Shown here: piece by piece, positions 58,814-64,000 of the stretch | Layout: each line of letters begins with the position of its first letter | Numbering within the stretch: position 1 is the stretch's first letter | Origin: Podarcis gaigeae | Lineage: Eukaryota | NCBI GenBank assembly: GCA_964106915.2 | Contig: OZ066919.1 | DNA: 64,000 nucleotides | Reading direction: 5' to 3' (one strand) | Notes under the pieces: model-generated | Seen by the model: only the letters and a program-made list of their open reading frames with translations | Database searches by the model: none | Told to the model about the DNA's origin: nothing | Program-made: the position numbers and the translations under genes

Positions 58814-60931
58814 GTAAGCAAGGGGGCAGGGAACATGGTTTTTCTTTCCCATCGTTTTCTCTTACATTTGTTTATCACCATTTTTTCTTCTCTGTTGAAA
58901 ATGTGCTTCGTTGCTCACCACTATTCGTGTGTTTTTGGACTTGGACATCACAAGAGGCTCTTTGCATCACCTTCCCCCTTTTTTTCTTTTTTTCTACTTC
59001 CTGCATGTTGTGTGAGTTTCAAGTCTATTGAGGATGTTTTTGCAGTTGTGTGAGTCTTAACTTTCTCCCTCTAGGGCATTATGATTGCATATACTTGTAG
59101 ACCATCTGCTGCTCGTTGTCATAAACACTTGCTCTGAGTTTTGTCCCAGAACTGACCTGTTTTCTGGCTGTTACACTCCTACGCCTCTACTCTGGAATGT
59201 GGCCTTTAGCTGCTAACTTGGGCTTGAGAACATGCAAAGTGTGTCAGATTGGGACAGACATTCCTACTTATCTAAACCCTCCCATCTCTGGTTCCCTAAT
59301 ATCTCAAGAGTAAAGTGAATCTAAGCGTTGGTTTGATACAGTGCCCCAGTGAACATGCATCTGTGGTTCCCTGCAAAGCATGGCTTGCAGATTGGAAGCT
59401 GGCCTCAGGAATATTGCTGTATTGCCCCCCTCCCTCTACAGAGCTGTCTTCCCTTTGCAGCATTGTCCATAGTTTTATGTTGAATAAGTAAACATCTGAT
59501 TGAGAGATGAAAATCATTGTTTGGAAAGCACTTGGGACCCAGTATTTGTGTTGGTGGGCATATAATGTTAACCCATGATTCCGCCTGGCAAGCAGAGGTT
59601 GGAGAATAGGGAAGGAAGGAGGACAAGGAAGCATTCATTTCAGTTTGCAAGCCAGGATTTCCGGGGAGCCAGCATTTGACCTAGTACATGTGCACAGCTG
59701 TGCTGGCAAGTGTCATGTGAAGTGTGACTACATCTACAAGAGTAGAAAATTTATGCCAAGCTTTTTATATAGTTAAGCATGAATGTGGCCTTGCATGAAT
59801 GGATTTCATATTATTAAGGTGTGACATGAGAAGCAGACCTCAAAGCTCCTTCGTAGGGTCTTGTTCTTGCAAACAGCAGATGAGGTGGTAAGTCTATGTT
59901 CGTAAGAATGTGATGCTTACTAAATGAGTAGCTGTTTTAGTTTTGCTAGTAGCTCAATATCTAAGTGCATTGAAAGATGCAAAATTATGTGGTTTTGCCT
60001 ACCATTTTCATCTTGTAGGTGTATGTTGTATAATATGTACGTTTGTAGATCACCCAGAAATACTCTCTCACAGCCCAGATGGAGCAAGTAAGGCTCACTG
60101 AGGTCCATGGGGAGAGTTTATATGTAAGCTTGCACACTTGCATCTTGATATTAAAAGACATATCAGATATGGGATATTCACCCAATACCTTTCCAAAAAG
60201 TCTTTGCTTCGCAGACCAGACAAATCCCATCATCACTGGTATTTTCACAGAGTGGACACCCCTTTCAAACCTCCACCTTCTTGGCCCACGTTTGCCCTTA
60301 GGCAGGATGAAAGTGTGTGCTTATTTGGATCAGCCTAGAGTACTGACATGCACACTGGGTTTCTCTTGGTCTTAATGAAAAGCGGACTTGGAGGCATCTA
60401 CATCATGAGAAGCAGGCTGAAAGGAAAAGTTTGTTGCTTTCTTTGCTTTGTGTCGAGGACAAAGTTGACTTGGAGGGTTGTGCTTACACTTGAAGGAATA
60501 GCCACAATGCCATACAACATAATTCATGTGAAAATAAGGACACCAATAGTTGGTTAGATGGGTCTTTCACAAAAGGAGCGAACTAGCAGATTTACTCACA
60601 AGTGATCCCTTAGGCTTCAGCGAGTCTTAACTTGCTCAAGCTGAGCTATCATGAAAGTGATTGCAAACTTTCATATGCATACGACTTACAGATCCAGTCA
60701 GCTGTAGTCACAAATGTACAGTTTCCACATCACACTAGACAACAAAGATTCCTTTATGCCTTGAAGACCAACAAATGTTAGTTTTGTTAATCCTGTGGCA
60801 CTTTAAAGATGTTCGTTGGTCTTCAAGGCATAACAAAACTGTTTAAGTACGTCCTGAAATATATTCATCCAAATCCCCTTTTCTCATTTTCCTCTTCCTC
60901 ATAATTATTTTTAAATCTTGTCTTTCTGCAG

Positions 60932-61110
60932 CTTGTGACTGTAACCCTGAAGGTTCTCGATCTCTTCAGTGCAAGGAGGATGGCCGCTGTGAGTGCAAAG
61001 AAGGTTTTGTTGGGAACCGCTGTGACCAGTGTGAAGAGAACTATTTCTACAATCGATCTTGGCCAGGCTGTCAAGAATGCCCTGCGTGCTACAGATTGGT
61101 GAAAGATAAG
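60932..61110 (+). CDS. LAMC1: Laminin gamma-1 exon 17 (last LE repeat), 179 nt
   Basis: ttctgcag|CTTGT ... ATAAG|gtcagg; CDCNPEGSRSLQCKEDGRCECKEGFVGNRCDQCEENYFYNRSWPGCQECPACYRLVKDK. Confidence 0.97.
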
Positions 61111-62378
61111 GTCAGGCTTGTAAAACTGTGTGTTTTTGTCAGTTCAGCTAGGTTTGCAAATCATGGTTGTAAATGACCTTTGGTTGTATTAATCATATTT
61201 TGTTTGGGTGGTCATGTAATTTATTAACCTGGAGAGATGATGGGAGAGGGGGACATTGCTCCAGAGAGGGGAGGGCAGTGGGAGGAAAGCCCATTCTCAA
61301 GGCTGGCTCCAGATGTACAGCCTCTTGATCTGCACTGGCTGCGTTGGTACATTATGCTGAGCCATGGTTTTTTCTCTTCATGGAGTCATTGCACAGATGA
61401 GCAAACAAGCCATGGCTTGCTTCTCCAAAGCTTGGTTTGTTTTCCAGCTGCTTTGCCTTGTGCCTCTATCTTGGCAAGCATGTGGGGTGGGGTAGCTAAA
61501 CAAACAATGCTTAAGAAGGGCTGTTGGATTTGGAAGTAATGCCAAACCATTGTTTTAAGCCATGGCTTCACATAGTGGTTTGTTGGTAGAAAGCAAACCA
61601 TGGTTAAGTCAGCTGGATTGAGTTGGGTTTGAAAGTCTCTTAAAATACACACTTCCAAATGTGTAGGAGCCAGAGGATGATAATGTACCAATTTGTACAT
61701 AGTCTGGGATGTGTGGATAAGGTCTATTTATGTTAGGATTTTCAAAAAGTGAGTTCTCCAAATAGCCCTAATTGCAAGGCAAGGGGAGAAATAGCGCCGG
61801 AGGGTGGTGCAGACCTCTCAACACCTTGCCTTTCTTGACTGCTTTGACCTAGCCAGAGGGGATTGACTAGTTGGGTACAGGGGGTGGGGTTTTCTCCCCT
61901 TAAAAAGGCAGTGACAATCCCCCCACCTCGCTTCCTCAAAAAAAGTCCACAGTGGACCCATAACTTTTAATGCAAAGTGTTCCTTGGTTTACAATGCAGC
62001 TTCAGAAGTTGTTGGAAGAAACCAGTTATATCACCCAGGCATTTGGAGAAGTCTGCCAAATTGTTATCCATCCAGTTGAGTTTAACTGCTTGTTCTTTTA
62101 ATATGTTCTTTAATATGTTAGGAACACTGTCAAAACCTTTGCAGATTATTTCCCACACAAGCATGAGTACTAAAAACTGGCAAATGCGACAGCCTTAGGC
62201 TTCTCCAGCTTAATTGGAAACATGTGCTAACACAGAGAGATTGTCGCCATGTGAAGTCCTATGCTTAATTGTAGAGAGAGATCTGTAGAAGAGGACTGAG
62301 TGATTCCTACTGGAGTCTCAAGCACTTGGCAAGTGGGAACATCTTTCCTCATCCCTCCTTTCTGTCATTTCTGTTCAG

Positions 62379-62535
62379 GTGGCAGAGCAGCGGGAGAGAT
62401 TGCAGGAGCTTGAAAATCTTATAGCCAACATAGGAACAGGTGAAGAAACTATAACTGATCAGGCTTTTGAAGACAGGCTGAAAGAAGCTGAACGAGATGT
62501 CATGGACTTGCTTCAGGATGCCCAAAACAGCAAAG
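62379..62535 (+). CDS. LAMC1: Laminin gamma-1 exon 18 (start of coiled coil), 157 nt
   Basis: tgttcag|GTGGCA ... CAAAG|gtgggg; VAEQRERLQELENLIANIGTGEETITDQAFEDRLKEAERDVMDLLQDAQNSK. Confidence 0.95.
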
Positions 62536-62724
62536 GTGGGGGGGGGGGGAGATTTCTTTCTGAATACCCTTGTTTCCCCAGGATTGTCGCATGTTATTGA
62601 TTGGGCTTTTGTATTTGGGGTGGGGAGTTTAGTAATTCTGTCACTGCAGCAACTGAGGAGCTGAGATTGTCGCTCCCCAAAGATGTGCTGCATTTGTTTC
62701 TGCTTCTATAAATTATGTTCCATT

Positions 62725-62872
62725 GGGATAGCTCAGCTGATAGAGCATGAGACTGTTAATCTCAGGTCCATGGGTTCGAGCCCCACATTGGGCAATAGTT
62801 TCCTGCATTGCAGGGGGTTGGACTAGATGACCTTCACGGTCCCTTCCAACGCTGCAATTCTCTAGTTCTGTG
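62725..62872 (+). mobile_element. tRNA-Lys-derived SINE with CR1-type tail (second copy)
   Basis: tagctcagctgatagagcatgagactgttaatctcagg...gggttcgagccccacattgggc + cctgcattgcagggggttggactagatgacc. Confidence 0.85.
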
Positions 62873-63837
62873 GTTTCGCCACGCTGGGATCATATGATGA
62901 GGTGAGCTAGAAATTCTCTTACAAATAAATTATAAATAAATATTTCAAAAGAGATGTGATCTTCTGAAAGTAATAACATTGAAGTAGTTAGGTTTTAGTG
63001 TTTGATGGCGATAGCAGTGGTGTATTCTTTTGTGATTATAAATGGAAACCAAATTTAAAAGTCTCTTTCCTAAAAGTTCAATCCAAAGTATACAGGTTCT
63101 TTTTCTGGATTTCCCAAATCAGAAAATAGCTTAATTTGTTCAACAAGCAATTGTGAAAGAATTTTGTAACTCAAAGCAGGGGTTTCCAGGGGTCTTGGTG
63201 GGGTTTTGGGGGTTTTTTTAACCCCACCCTGTGTGCAGTAGAAAGAAGCTGTACCATGGTTCCTGTCATAATTTGTTACCTGCAAGTGTTTTGTCCCTGC
63301 CCAAAGGAATGTTTAATCTGAAAGTGAAAGATAGTGAAAGAGACAGCTGGGGAGAAAAGAAAGGGTAACAAGGGATGAATATAAGCAACTACAGTTAAAA
63401 CTTTGTGTCAGTCAGGGATTAGGAAAAACCAAGGGCTTCATGAGAAGAGATGAGTTCAGAGGAAGAACTTGAAGAAATTCTGGTTGACGCTCTGCTTTTG
63501 CTGTGTTTGGTCCTAATAGAGAAGTGCTGCCCTCTTAAGAACACATTTTATTGATTTTAAAGTTCACCTCCATGAAGTTCCTCTCTAAAATCCTCTGCCC
63601 AAGATTCTTTCAGTTTGACCATTTCCATATCCTTGGGAAATGCCTAAATGCTGCCAAAGTCTTGGGAGTTTTTGCATCCACCTTTCTTTACATTCCTGTT
63701 CACATTTTTTCCTTTTTTTTAAGTAAAAGCAATTATCAGTAAAAACATGTGGACACAATGCCTTATTCTTGTTCATGCCTCATCTTTTTGTGCAATTAGT
63801 TCAGTCTGTCTGTGTTGCTTGGCTTGGTCTGTTCCAG

Positions 63838-64000
63838 ATGTAGACCAGGGCTTGATGGATCGCTTGCAGGAGATCAACAGAACTCTGTCCGGCCAACTTG
63901 GTCGCTTGAGGAACATCCAGAACACAGTGGAAGAGACAGAGAGTCTGGCTGAGCGGGCCCAGGCCCGGGTGGACAGCACACAGGAACTGATTGAAACAGC
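63838..64000 (+). CDS. LAMC1: Laminin gamma-1 exon 19 (coiled coil; truncated by window end)
   Basis: gttccag|ATGTAG; (D)VDQGLMDRLQEINRTLSGQLGRLRNIQNTVEETESLAERAQARVDSTQELIET. Phase 1 matches the exon 18 end. Confidence 0.95.

Overview
This is vertebrate genomic DNA, almost certainly from a squamate. The Sauria SINE, BovB, CR1, L2 and hAT repeat spectrum suggests a lacertid lizard. The whole window lies inside the laminin gamma-1 gene (LAMC1) on the + strand. Positions 1-27961 are the distal part of the long first intron. Coding exons 2-18 and the start of exon 19 follow, all with GT-AG boundaries and phases that chain into one open frame (LN domain, LE repeats, L4 domain, LE repeats with the NIDPNAV nidogen-binding loop, start of the coiled coil). 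Exon numbering is inferred from the known LAMC1 structure; exon 1 is upstream of the window. The introns are packed with transposons, many with readable TIRs and TSDs. The main finding is a 1560-bp non-autonomous hAT element in intron 1 (12413-13972, perfect 8-bp TSD ATCTAGGA). Its interior is not transposase. It is a CpG-rich host fragment that reads on the minus strand as the 5' leader plus signal-peptide exon of what I recognise from memory as ADAM23, making it a candidate Pack-hAT gene-capture element. Other notable items are a Penelope-type fragment with a minimal hammerhead ribozyme core, an RNase-H-bearing Nimb/I-type LINE fossil split by a Tc2-like MITE, and a candidate poison exon inside the captured cargo. 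Most ORFs in the supplied track are spurious intronic or antisense ORFs.
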